This document shows positions 30,608-39,974 of a DNA stretch of 57,523 bases, piece by piece. The position numbers and the translations under genes were made by a program. The first letter of the stretch is position 1. Every line of letters begins with the position of its first letter. Origin of the DNA: a virus (Duplodnaviria; Caudoviricetes); IMG/VR virus record IMGVR_UViG_3300032268_001051, positions 1 to 57,523 of that record; one strand, 5' to 3'. The notes beneath the pieces were generated by a model. It had not been told where the DNA came from. It was given only the letters and a program-made list of their open reading frames with translations, and searched no databases.

Positions 30608-31310
30608 TAACCGTTAGTCTATCTCCTGATGGGGCTATTACTTCTTTGAACATATTTAGTCTTGGTTCGTTCTCATTCATAAATGTTCTAATGTATTTGG
30701 AGTCAGCAATCGGCATTTGGTCAACAAATTTCGCAATTTCTCCTTTATCAGCGGAACCATCAATTTCAACAATCTGTCTTTGTAGTCTCCATGTTACTCT
30801 TGGCGCAACTCTACCCATAGGATACGAATCAACCATCTTAGTTATTTCATTTAATTCCCCATAAGTTAGTGGTTTTAACTTAATTGTAACTCCTGACCTT
30901 GGTAATGTTGTCACAAATGTTCCATCTTCTTGTGGGTCTTGACCTTTAATAATTGGTAGTGAATCAAGAATTACTTTGGTTGAGAATGACTTCTTTGTTG
31001 CCGGGTCTGTAAGGGTCAGGTCAATCTCGGGACCAAATGATGTGTTTCTCAAGAAGACCAAGATAGACTCAATGTCTCCCTCTAATAAATCATCTATTCT
31101 CACATCAGGTTCATATATTTTTGACCTTAATAATGTTGCAGTGATATCATCAGCCCCACCCATAAGAATGTTCTCATCGGATGCTGTTAGATAACCAACC
31201 TTGATTGATTTCTTTTTATTCTTATAAAACGCACCTTGAGATGGTAATGGAACCATGTCGTGTGGTAATGTAAAGTTTTCTTGACCGTAGTCTCTTGCTT
31301 GATTTTCCAT
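30567..31310 (-). CDS. Baseplate hub assembly / tail assembly chaperone (T4 gp26-like)
   Basis: VPLPSQG, YLTASDENIL, LLEGD...LVFLRNTSFG, IKLKPLT and a C-terminal EFFRP. Lies between the tube and tape measure genes. Confidence 0.78.
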   Translation of the reverse strand: MENQARDYGQENFTLPHDMVPLPSQGAFYKNKKKSIKVGYLTASDENILMGGADDITATLLRSKIYEPDVRIDDLLEGDIESILVFLRNTSFGPEIDLTLTDPATKKSFSTKVILDSLPIIKGQDPQEDGTFVTTLPRSGVTIKLKPLTYGELNEITKMVDSYPMGRVAPRVTWRLQRQIVEIDGSADKGEIAKFVDQMPIADSKYIRTFMNENEPRLNMFKEVIAPSGDRLTVNVGFGVEFFRPFF

Positions 31311-31311
31311 A

Positions 31312-31348
31312 TAAAAAAATAACCGTAAAGTTTATGTCTTTACGGTTA
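31312..31348 (-). terminator. Intrinsic terminator after the tail tube gene
   Basis: 11 bp stem TAACCGTAAAG/CTTTACGGTTA (31320-31348) followed on the minus strand by seven T. Confidence 0.8.
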
Positions 31349-31381
31349 AATATAGTTTCTGTTGATTTTTTATAAATAGTA

Positions 31382-31870
31382 TTAGTAAACCAATACACAA
31401 CGGTCAGGACGAAGACTGGCTGAAATGTCTGCCAAAGCGTCTGTATTGTAAGCTAACGTTCCGAAGTTCACACTCGTTAAGAATGTTCCGTATAGAATCC
31501 ACTTTTCTACTACCACACCTGTTGGGTCTAATAGTTCGAGGTCGATATCTCTTTTGTATCCCGCAGCATAACCCATACGACCTGTCACTGATTCAGCGTG
31601 TAAACGAACCCACTCCATTAGAGCTTGAGCCGCTGACGGTCCAATTGGGTCTCTGAATTTAACAGGAATCTCATCCCAGTTAAATCTTCCTGCTACATAT
31701 GTAGAAGTGTTTAAAAATTGAATCTCTGTAGATGCGATTTTGATTGACGGTCTAGAAGTTGATTCTACGAACCATTCATTAATACCCAAACTTGAGGGAA
31801 ATCTCATGATGAATCGATTCTGACGTTTCGGTTCGTAAGGTATCGGCATTTTCATTAATAAATCAGCCAT
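31382..31870 (-). CDS. Tail tube protein (T4 gp19-like)
   Basis: YEPKRQNRF, YVAGRFNW, ALMEW...TGRMGYAAGYKRDI.L.LLDPTG.VVEKW.L.G.F motifs. Confidence 0.9.
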   Translation of the reverse strand: MADLLMKMPIPYEPKRQNRFIMRFPSSLGINEWFVESTSRPSIKIASTEIQFLNTSTYVAGRFNWDEIPVKFRDPIGPSAAQALMEWVRLHAESVTGRMGYAAGYKRDIDLELLDPTGVVVEKWILYGTFLTSVNFGTLAYNTDALADISASLRPDRCVLVY

Positions 31871-31966
31871 GTTATATTAGTTTTTGTTTTTTTCTTGTTT
31901 ATATGTTATAAATATAGTCTTGTGTAAAAATATATTACTTTACTTTTTTTTCTAAAAGAATATTCT

Positions 31967-32797
31967 TTATTTAACTTCCTTTTTAATTCCTCCAGCTGTA
32001 GAATAAGTCTTAACTAGATTATCTGGTTTATCTTTAAAGTGTTTACTCATTACTTCTACGTTTTTAGGGTCATCGTCTGAAAATCCTATAACTGGTTTAG
32101 CTGGAACGAATTTATTACCTATATCTTTTTTAAGAAATGCTTTCTTATTTAATACTGCAGCCATTCCTTTAATATAACTCACAAAATCATCCATCGCAAT
32201 AACCTTTAATTCTTCAGGACTTGCGGCACCCTTATCGTCACCAAAAGAAACGGGGTGGTATTTGTTGAGTTCTAAATAAGACTTGATTAAATCATCATCA
32301 CTCATTTCTCCCTCATCGACGAACGACCTATATTTTCTAAGGTTCTTCAGAAGACTCTCCTTACTTATACCATTGAAATCATTTATAATGTAATTGTAGA
32401 CAGCTTCTTTCAGTGTGTTGGGGTTGTGACCTCTTGCTGTGATGATGGCAAATATTGAACCATTATTAATTGCTTCTCTAAAATCGTCGAACGCTGGTCC
32501 AAGTTTGGCTTTCATTGAGTCAACCAAAAATTGTTTGTCTCCTTCAGTTCTAAAGTTTCTGAATGGATTGTCAGCAAACCCTACAATAGTTTTACCTTTA
32601 TATTCTACTGGACCCTTACCTATTTCACTTCTATATTCTGCAAAGTCTTCTGTGCTCATTCCAAACTCTTCACCATCATCTGTCTTAAGGATAATTTTCG
32701 TTGGCATGTGAACAATATTATCGTCCCAATCGAACGCATAATATTTCATATCTGGACTATTAGGTTCTTTGAAACCTTCTTTTATAAATCTTAACAT
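31967..32797 (-). CDS. HAD-superfamily phosphatase-like protein
   Basis: Motif I YAFDWDDNI, motif II IITARG, a Lys in EELK, and motif IV GFSDDDPKN. Confidence 0.7.
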   Translation of the reverse strand: MLRFIKEGFKEPNSPDMKYYAFDWDDNIVHMPTKIILKTDDGEEFGMSTEDFAEYRSEIGKGPVEYKGKTIVGFADNPFRNFRTEGDKQFLVDSMKAKLGPAFDDFREAINNGSIFAIITARGHNPNTLKEAVYNYIINDFNGISKESLLKNLRKYRSFVDEGEMSDDDLIKSYLELNKYHPVSFGDDKGAASPEELKVIAMDDFVSYIKGMAAVLNKKAFLKKDIGNKFVPAKPVIGFSDDDPKNVEVMSKHFKDKPDNLVKTYSTAGGIKKEVK

Positions 32798-32815
32798 ATT
32801 ATATAAATATCATCT

Positions 32816-33724
32816 TTATAGTTCTTCATCAGGACTTAGAACCCCTCTTTTAGCTCTCTTGATAACTGATTTAACCTCTGGTTTATTAACCTTAACATCA
32901 ACTTTGTCTACAGTTTTTGTTGGTGTAGTTTCCTTATTGTAATTTAACGACAATATTTTCCTTCTAATATCATCAGCTTCTGAGTTTGAAATGGGTTTAT
33001 TATTCGGGTCTACCACATCGATTTTTGATGGTGTTGTAGGTTCTTTAACCTCTGGTTCCGATATAGTCTTCTCCGTTGATTTAGATTGTGGTGTAATCAC
33101 TTTATCGGTAAGAGATAATTTCCAATCTTCTTTGACTTTATCCCAACTTTCACCATTCATCAATCTTGTAATCGCCGTAGGTCTGTATTTCCAAATGTTT
33201 TTGTAGTTGTCATTGTAGTCCATACTTGAATACTGATTGTCCATGACACGCATATAATCATAATAGTGATAGTCAATGAACGTGCAATTCTTTTTGATAA
33301 CGTTGATTGCGTTTTGAACATTTGGGTCTTTCAATGGTTTCCCTACAACATCTCCTCTACTTATGGAAGGGTCAATCGCATTTGCCAAACCTGCTATAAA
33401 CTTCATTTTGTAAGGTATACTTGTGTCTGATTGAAAGCAAAAAGAATAAATTTGAGCCTTCATTAGGTCGAACATATTATTCCAACAATCGAAACCGATT
33501 GTATCTTTAACATAATTCTTCATCACCCCCACCATTTCATCACCCGAGTATTTTTTACCTACGATTTTTCCGCCACTCATATACGAAAAAACTGATTCTA
33601 TGTCTGAAATTGCTTTAATTGCAGATTGTGGAATGGAGAATGACGAAGACTGTTCATTTACTAACCCATACATTCCACGGATTGTATTAATTTCAGATTC
33701 ACTAATAATCAATTTTTTTCCCAT
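32816..33724 (-). CDS. Hypothetical protein (possible head-packaged protein)
   Basis: N-terminal KKLIISESEINTIRGMYGLVNEQ leader and a low-complexity Lys/Pro/Thr C-terminus. No catalytic motif recognised. Confidence 0.6.
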   Translation of the reverse strand: MGKKLIISESEINTIRGMYGLVNEQSSSFSIPQSAIKAISDIESVFSYMSGGKIVGKKYSGDEMVGVMKNYVKDTIGFDCWNNMFDLMKAQIYSFCFQSDTSIPYKMKFIAGLANAIDPSISRGDVVGKPLKDPNVQNAINVIKKNCTFIDYHYYDYMRVMDNQYSSMDYNDNYKNIWKYRPTAITRLMNGESWDKVKEDWKLSLTDKVITPQSKSTEKTISEPEVKEPTTPSKIDVVDPNNKPISNSEADDIRRKILSLNYNKETTPTKTVDKVDVKVNKPEVKSVIKRAKRGVLSPDEEL

Positions 33725-33744
33725 AACATATAAATACCTTTATT

Positions 33745-33777
33745 AAACAAAAATCCCCCATTTGTGGTGGGGGATTT
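33745..33777 (-). terminator. Intrinsic terminator after the tail sheath gene
   Basis: AAATCCCCCA/TGGGGGATTT stem (33751-33777) followed on the minus strand by TTGTTT. Confidence 0.8.
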
Positions 33778-33796
33778 CGAAATACTGTAATTAGTA

Positions 33797-36700
33797 TTAA
33801 ATATTCTCAAACGAAGCTCCTGTTGGAGTGATGAAGAATTCGATGTCGATGAATTCTAACGCCTTCGTAGGTTTTAAGTAAATCTTACCTGTAAGTGTAT
33901 TTCTATCCAAATCCTCAGGAGTAGATGAAACTGTTACACGGAAATCGTATAAACCTCTATCTCTTCTGATTGAATCTAAGATTGGGTTAACACTGTCTAA
34001 GAATTGTTGTCTAACGATTTGGTCGTTTTGTTCGAACAATAATCTTACAGCCACCGCTGAAATCAACTTACGAGCTTGTAACAACAATCTTCTAACGTTT
34101 AATCTGTTAAGAGCGGTATCAGCAACTTGTAAAGTTTTGTTACCCCAAATTACAGTTCCTACATCAGAGAAAGTTGCGATTGGATTGATTCTACCTTGAT
34201 ATAAAGTATCTCTATCTTCTTGAGTTAGTTTAACTCTCGCTTTAACTGAATTTACAAGACCTCTTGTGTAACCCGCTGATGCGAACCAAGGGAATGCGAT
34301 GTTATCAGTTAATGCTAAGTTTCTACAAACTTCACCTGTTGCAGGTAGATAGATTTGTGTATTATTAACAGTGTCTCTTACAAGTATCCAAGGATAGTAA
34401 GTCGCTGTGTAGTTAGAATCGATTCCTGTGTTATCAAGAGCATCTACAGCTTCTTGTGGATAAACAATTAATTGAGGGTCAGTAGCATCTGGTGAGAACA
34501 TATCATAGTCAGGAGTCGTTGCGATATACACAGAATCCGCTCTTTGAAATTGAACCATGTCGATTGCTGATTCAACTAAGTTTGAGTTATCTATATAGTT
34601 AATTGATGCGGTTGCGAACACGTTAATATTTGTAGATTCAGGATTTGCAAAAGTTAAAATACCAAGTAAGTAAGCATAGTAGTCAGTGTTAGCAAAATCA
34701 CTTCTATTATTCTCAACCACTATTCTCTTAAAGATACCATCACCAGTTGCTGTTGGATATCTTTGGTCAGGTGCGAAACCTGCCATGAAACCTGAAGCAC
34801 CTAATTGGAATCTATCTTCGTTTGTTCTCCACTCTCTGTAGATATCCCAACCATCAAATCCACCAGCAAAACAACATGTGTATTTTCTAGCGTAAATAAA
34901 ATAATAAGGGTTTTCTTGAGAATCAGGGTCGTTTCTGAATTCAGCAACACCACACTCGAAAGCTGTTTGACCACTTGTGTCATATATGTTACCAATTGTC
35001 ACAACGGTTGCACCTGAGTCCATATGGAAACCTTTTGAAAGATAATTCCAAGGAATAGAGTCAGTTGCTTGTGCCCAATCACCAACAGGGTTTTGTTGAC
35101 CTTTGTATTGTAAGAACGAATCATCAATACCGTATTGTGTTGCAAAACCTAAATAAGTTCTTCTAACAACATCACCAGGAGATTCAACCGCGTTAGAGCC
35201 ACCTGAAGTAGTTCCAAACGGAGGATTATAAATTACTTCACCAGGGAAGTTATATTTTGTTTTGAATACAATGTAAGGTGAAGGATTAGAAGCTGAATCA
35301 TACTCTCTTTGTGTGTATCCATTGAATCCACAAGGAAGAGCATCGATAGGAGCACCGTCCGCCATTTCAACCATAATGTATCTTGAAACTAAAGCGTATT
35401 CACCATTTGAAGTTCCAATTCTAACACCGATAAAGTTGTTAGTTGCTGGGTCCATAGTGCAATTCGTGTATTTCTCAAGAACTACAGGATTTTGGTCTGT
35501 GTCAAAGAAATCTCTAACCAAAATATCAAATGTCATATTATTATATGAAAGGTTTGCAATTGAAACCTTAACTTCTGTATTTGCTGCATCACCATCAGAA
35601 ATAGATATAAATCTGAAAAGATTATAAACTCTATTACCTCTTAGTTCAGAAACAAAGTAAGGAGTCTTAGGTGACTGATATCTTTGTAATTTCCAAGCTA
35701 TTGTCGTTGTTGAGTTTGTAACTCTTGCTTCAGGTAAAGCAACTAATTCACAATTCAAACCTCTAATGTAACTTTGATTGAATGCGTAGTTTAAAGAACC
35801 TGGATAAATTTCTTCAATAAACAATGGAACTTCATTTCTCGATTTTCCAAAGTTATCAATACCAAACACTTTTGTAAGATATTTTGAAGAAGACGCTAAC
35901 AACGATGTCTCGAAAGAGAACGTGTCTGCATCTTTTGTAACACCAGAAACTAAGAAAGTTCCAAAAGGATTCTTAGTAACTCCTGAGTATTGGTCAGAAC
36001 AAACTAACTGAACATCAGTTAAACCTGTAACCTCATAAACAGGTCCGTGATTAGGACTTGAAGCACTATTAGTGAAAAGAGAAATACCTCTTGAACGTAA
36101 AGTTGCTACAACCATATTGTTATAGTCAAGGAAAGCAGTTCCAGAAAAAGTATAACTATTACCTGATACTGTTCCACTATAAACAGTGCTACCTAAAGAA
36201 ACTAAATTAGATACTACATAATCAAATGAATATCCTGAATAGTTGTTTCCACTAGGGATATCAAATGTTGCGTAGAACCAAGGGTCGTTATCCCCAGATG
36301 ATAAATCGTTATTATCTAAATTAGTTGAATCACTTCCAAACGCATTAACAATTGTTGTATAACCTGATAAATTCGCATAATCAGTTCCAGGAATTGAACC
36401 GTAAATAACTGCAGTTGTTGCAGATAAAGAAGGAGTATCAATTATATTACCAACGTATGTGTTAAAACCTTCAGCATATGTTGAAGTTGAACCGTTTGAT
36501 AATGTAAATTGAGTGTTTAAATCTAAAGCCACGGGTGCTGGTAATGCACCTCCAACGAATGTAATTGTATTTCCTGAAGTAGAACCCGTGAAAGACGCAC
36601 TCCAAGGAGCTGTTGCAATCGCCGAGTTGATACCGATAGTTGTCGGGTCAGGGTTAGCTGTTACTCTTATACTCCAAGATGGACCTGCGTCATAACCAGA

Positions 36701-37006
36701 TAAACCAAGAATTCTTGTAAAGAACATTTGGTTAGACTGTTGGAGATAAGATTTGGCAATATACGCCGCTTCATATTTAGGGATTTGTGTATTCACGAAC
36801 TTCTCTGGAACTGTTCCACCAAAGTAAGCTTGGAATTCATCATAGTTGGTAATAAATACAGGTTCAAATGCTGGTCCTTTGATGGATTCTCCAACAAGAC
36901 CGAGTGTAGTTACACCGACACTTTGAGCCACGAAAGATAAGTCAGTTTCAGATGTGTATACACCAGGTGAAACGAATACTTTTTGATTTGCTTGTGCTGT
37001 TGCCAT
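33797..37006 (-). CDS. Contractile tail sheath protein (T4 gp18-like)
   Basis: FVSPGVYTSETDLS, GPAFEP, YYPW, PWFASAGYTRG, LYQGRINPI, WGNKTL, LNVRRL and KPTKALEFI motifs. Confidence 0.95.
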   Translation of the reverse strand: MATAQANQKVFVSPGVYTSETDLSFVAQSVGVTTLGLVGESIKGPAFEPVFITNYDEFQAYFGGTVPEKFVNTQIPKYEAAYIAKSYLQQSNQMFFTRILGLSGYDAGPSWSIRVTANPDPTTIGINSAIATAPWSASFTGSTSGNTITFVGGALPAPVALDLNTQFTLSNGSTSTYAEGFNTYVGNIIDTPSLSATTAVIYGSIPGTDYANLSGYTTIVNAFGSDSTNLDNNDLSSGDNDPWFYATFDIPSGNNYSGYSFDYVVSNLVSLGSTVYSGTVSGNSYTFSGTAFLDYNNMVVATLRSRGISLFTNSASSPNHGPVYEVTGLTDVQLVCSDQYSGVTKNPFGTFLVSGVTKDADTFSFETSLLASSSKYLTKVFGIDNFGKSRNEVPLFIEEIYPGSLNYAFNQSYIRGLNCELVALPEARVTNSTTTIAWKLQRYQSPKTPYFVSELRGNRVYNLFRFISISDGDAANTEVKVSIANLSYNNMTFDILVRDFFDTDQNPVVLEKYTNCTMDPATNNFIGVRIGTSNGEYALVSRYIMVEMADGAPIDALPCGFNGYTQREYDSASNPSPYIVFKTKYNFPGEVIYNPPFGTTSGGSNAVESPGDVVRRTYLGFATQYGIDDSFLQYKGQQNPVGDWAQATDSIPWNYLSKGFHMDSGATVVTIGNIYDTSGQTAFECGVAEFRNDPDSQENPYYFIYARKYTCCFAGGFDGWDIYREWRTNEDRFQLGASGFMAGFAPDQRYPTATGDGIFKRIVVENNRSDFANTDYYAYLLGILTFANPESTNINVFATASINYIDNSNLVESAIDMVQFQRADSVYIATTPDYDMFSPDATDPQLIVYPQEAVDALDNTGIDSNYTATYYPWILVRDTVNNTQIYLPATGEVCRNLALTDNIAFPWFASAGYTRGLVNSVKARVKLTQEDRDTLYQGRINPIATFSDVGTVIWGNKTLQVADTALNRLNVRRLLLQARKLISAVAVRLLFEQNDQIVRQQFLDSVNPILDSIRRDRGLYDFRVTVSSTPEDLDRNTLTGKIYLKPTKALEFIDIEFFITPTGASFENI

Positions 37007-37125
37007 TATTAAATTATTCTAATGCAGATTTATTTTAATGATAAATATTAGTATCTGAATGAAAAAACTTGACTTTCTGATATCTATTTATAAACGGTGA
37101 GAATTAATTCTGCCTTTTTTCTACC

Positions 37126-37287
37126 ATGAAAACGAAGAAAGAAATCAAAAACATAAAAATATCCCCTGAATCACATGAAATCCTAAAAAAATACTGTGAT
37201 AAGAGAGGAATTAAAATTTATAAGTTTTTAGAAAATTTGATAATGGAAAAGTGTATTGAAAAGAAAGATATCTACGGAGAGAACTAA
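37126..37287 (+). CDS. Small basic protein, ribbon-helix-helix-like putative DNA-binding regulator (53 aa)
   Basis: Not in the ORF track. Reads MKTKKEIKNIKISPESHEILKKYCDKRGIKIYKFLENLIMEKCIEKKDIYGEN, a strand-helix-G-helix pattern, with TATTTATA at 37085-37092 upstream. Confidence 0.65.
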   Translation: MKTKKEIKNIKISPESHEILKKYCDKRGIKIYKFLENLIMEKCIEKKDIYGEN

Positions 37288-38324
37288 ACTAACTTGTTTT
37301 CAAAAAGAATATTACCCTCCAACGTGTTATCGTTTTTGATAACCTCAATTCTCAAGATATCATCCAAAGTTACTTGAATAACATTTAAGTCCGTTCCATA
37401 ATAATTGTTGTTGATGTAAACATCATACGAATTAATATTATTTGAAGAAATAAAAGTCATGTCAACGGTATAATCGACAAGACCGCTAAGAACTGTGTTA
37501 CCCGAAACAAATAAAAAGTTTTGACCGAACTCATCAGGATTCTCAGGATATATGTCTCTCTTTTTCTTTTTGATTTCAGATTGAACTTCGAATACTTGAG
37601 AAACTCTAGCAATTGCTGGTTTAACTTCAAACTCTTCTTCGTCAATCAAATAACCCAACATCGTAAAATCATAACTTTGAACATAATACTTTCTTGAATC
37701 CAAATTCATTTGAGACTCATCAGCTACGTTATTTAATATTATCGGAACATATTGACCTTTAATAAAAGTATATGCTTGTCTTGATGAAAACTTCTGCATA
37801 ACAATTTTATTGAGTTGGTTCAACTCTCTCATTCTATTACAGATAAACTTAAGACTGTAATTAATATCAACAGGAACTGGTTGTGGTATTGTGTATATGT
37901 CCATACCTTGTTCATTACCATTCCAAGTTGGAACTGAGGCATAATAGAATTGTTTCCTGTTAGGAATTGTATATTGTAATGCGGGATTAGTTCCGTATTT
38001 AACGTCAGGGCTTCTTACAACTGTGATAAAAGGTGGTGAAGGGTTAAAATCCAAATCAACAAATAATGCAGTTTCAACATACTGAGCCCAGTTTTGAGTT
38101 GTTATGATTGTATCAACCATAGGAACAACTTTACCTGCTGTCACAACCTCTAAATCAGCTTTAACAAAATCTAACATACCTCTATCCAAATCAGCATGTA
38201 ATACAGATTTAGGAAGATATGTCCCATCCTTATTAATAAATTCCAACAACTGTTCTCTCCTTGCAGACAATGTCTTCTGAGGAACTAATGGTAATGTTGG
38301 TTTGACTTGTTTAGGTAATGGCAT
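37284..38324 (-). CDS. Tail terminator / sheath stabiliser (T4 gp15-like)
   Basis: PQPVPVDINYSL...ELNQL...IVMQKF and YDFTMLGYL patterns. Upstream of the sheath gene and downstream of a neck gene. Confidence 0.65.
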   Translation of the reverse strand: MPLPKQVKPTLPLVPQKTLSARREQLLEFINKDGTYLPKSVLHADLDRGMLDFVKADLEVVTAGKVVPMVDTIITTQNWAQYVETALFVDLDFNPSPPFITVVRSPDVKYGTNPALQYTIPNRKQFYYASVPTWNGNEQGMDIYTIPQPVPVDINYSLKFICNRMRELNQLNKIVMQKFSSRQAYTFIKGQYVPIILNNVADESQMNLDSRKYYVQSYDFTMLGYLIDEEEFEVKPAIARVSQVFEVQSEIKKKKRDIYPENPDEFGQNFLFVSGNTVLSGLVDYTVDMTFISSNNINSYDVYINNNYYGTDLNVIQVTLDDILRIEVIKNDNTLEGNILFENKLV

Positions 38325-38331
38325 TCTTTAA

Positions 38332-39027
38332 TTATTTTGTCATTAATCCAACTTGTTTTAACGCACCCCAATGAGATGACGAGTTAGATGAACTAGCACC
38401 ACTTACAACACCTGCACCTCTACCTCCTGACTTTCCCACAAACACGTTTGACGAAGGAACCCCACTGCTCACAGCCGCTCTAACATTGTTTTTAGTAACA
38501 GGTCCCACGGCATATGGTTCAATTATAAAAAGTTTATTTTTGTTTACATATGGACTAACCGCCAACTCATTTGCTTTCTTACAACCAGCACTAAATAAGT
38601 AGACAGGAATCTTTGGGTTCTTTTCCAAGAAGTCTTCAATATCTCTTGTTGATGTGCTATATCTGAAACCTTTTATTTTCTTATCGTTTCCCAATCCTGA
38701 ATTTAATAATTTTACTTGTGAATCGATGTCCAAATCTCCATCTCTATAATCTAACCCACCAACCAATACAGCATCAAATGAACCAGTTGATTTGACAGGG
38801 GATTTAACAGCAGTCTTACTTTTCGAACTTAATTCTTTACCAAATTCTTTTTGATATGCCTTTCTTGTCAACGGACCTGCTTTACCATCAACTCCGTCAC
38901 CCTTTGGACCGAAATCACCTAAGTCATATTTCTTAACCAAGATTTTTTGAATCTTTTCAACTTCAGGGTCGTATTCAATCTCATTGATTAAAAACTTAAG
39001 TTGGTTTTCAGAAATTAAGTATTCCAT
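38332..39027 (-). CDS. Peptidoglycan-binding domain plus alpha/beta-hydrolase-like protein
   Basis: EVEKIQKIL...GVDGKAGPLTRKA (PG_binding_1-like), then VLVGGL, YLFSAG (nucleophile-elbow Ser), IIEP and a C-terminal SHW. Confidence 0.6.
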   Translation of the reverse strand: MEYLISENQLKFLINEIEYDPEVEKIQKILVKKYDLGDFGPKGDGVDGKAGPLTRKAYQKEFGKELSSKSKTAVKSPVKSTGSFDAVLVGGLDYRDGDLDIDSQVKLLNSGLGNDKKIKGFRYSTSTRDIEDFLEKNPKIPVYLFSAGCKKANELAVSPYVNKNKLFIIEPYAVGPVTKNNVRAAVSSGVPSSNVFVGKSGGRGAGVVSGASSSNSSSHWGALKQVGLMTK

Positions 39028-39057
39028 TTTATTAATTATTAAATTATATATATTTTA

Positions 39058-39570
39058 TTATATCCCTCTGAATTCATTTTCACTAACATAAGTGGCAACC
39101 ACAGTTCTGTAGAATGGTTTATATCCACCATATGTATGTTTATTATCAGACCTTACATATCCATCATCACTTACAACATAATATCTAACCCTGTCCTCAC
39201 TCTCATAGTAACCAAAGTAATCTCCTTGGAATATTTCAACCTGTAAATCTTCCAAAGTCTTTTGATAAATTGAGAATTTCATATTGCCAGGTTCTTGCAA
39301 TTCAATTTTTGAATTACCGTAATTCTTACCCGTAGGTGCCATAACCTGAACATAACCTTTGAGTTCAACAGGTGCCAAGAATTGAATTCCATCTTCCAAA
39401 ACCTCACCATAAACATCATCAGTTTTGGTTTTATATCTATCAATACGATAAAGTATAACGGTAAAGTTCATGTCACCAATTAACCACTCCTCACCCATAC
39501 CGATATCTAAAGCATAATCTTCACGACCAAAGAACTTACCTAATCTTGTTATAGGGACTAAATTTTCCAT
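39058..39570 (-). CDS. Neck / head-closure protein (T4 gp14-like), probable start MENLVP at 39570
   Basis: VILYRID...TDDVYGE...F..PVEL.GY and GDYF motifs of head-closure proteins. The ATG at 39570 lies 3 nt after TATTTATC. Confidence 0.65.
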   Translation of the reverse strand: MENLVPITRLGKFFGREDYALDIGMGEEWLIGDMNFTVILYRIDRYKTKTDDVYGEVLEDGIQFLAPVELKGYVQVMAPTGKNYGNSKIELQEPGNMKFSIYQKTLEDLQVEIFQGDYFGYYESEDRVRYYVVSDDGYVRSDNKHTYGGYKPFYRTVVATYVSENEFRGI

Positions 39571-39608
39571 ATTGATAAATACTTTATTGTTGTTTATATT
39601 TACACCAA
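39571..39608. promoter_or_regulatory. Overlapping divergent promoter region (neck gene / SET-SNF2 operon)
   Basis: Plus strand TTGATA-N17-TATATT (39572-39600). Minus strand TATTTATC at 39581-39574. Confidence 0.55.
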
Positions 39609-39974
39609 ATGGAAATAAGACCATCTACAAAAATAATTTTAAAGAAAAGTCCAATTCACGGTTTGGGTGTTTTTTCAAGTCAAAAAATATCTAAAGGTGA
39701 ACCAATAGAAGAGTGCCCATTCTTAGCATTCCCACAAAACAAAAACGAACAAGTTCCCGCTTTTTCAAACTATACTTTTTGTTTCCCAAGAGGTGAAATG
39801 TGGACAACACATGCATTAGTTACGGGTTACGGTTCTTACTATAATCATTCTGAGAACGCCAATGTTGATTGGTATACAGAAAATGAATTAGGTCTTTTTG
39901 TTTTCAAAGCACTTAGAGACATTGAAAAAGATGAAGAACTTTTTATAAACTACGCAAATGGTGTCGTTTTTTGA
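39609..39974 (+). CDS. SET-domain protein-lysine methyltransferase
   Basis: KSPIHGLGVF, YYNHSENANV and ALRDIEKDEELFINY are the SET motifs (GxG, NHS, ELxxxY). Confidence 0.92.
   Translation: MEIRPSTKIILKKSPIHGLGVFSSQKISKGEPIEECPFLAFPQNKNEQVPAFSNYTFCFPRGEMWTTHALVTGYGSYYNHSENANVDWYTENELGLFVFKALRDIEKDEELFINYANGVVF

Noticed and set aside
5638-33736. Canonical T4 late promoters (TATAAATA) on the plus strand
   Set aside because: In that orientation they point away from the adjacent start codons. The motif flips with gene strand, so the functional reading is TATTTATA.
5712-38324. Bacterial contractile injection system (eCIS/T6SS) rather than a phage
   Set aside because: Head-tail neck proteins and a phage replication set are interleaved. 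No T6SS membrane complex or cellular housekeeping genes are seen.
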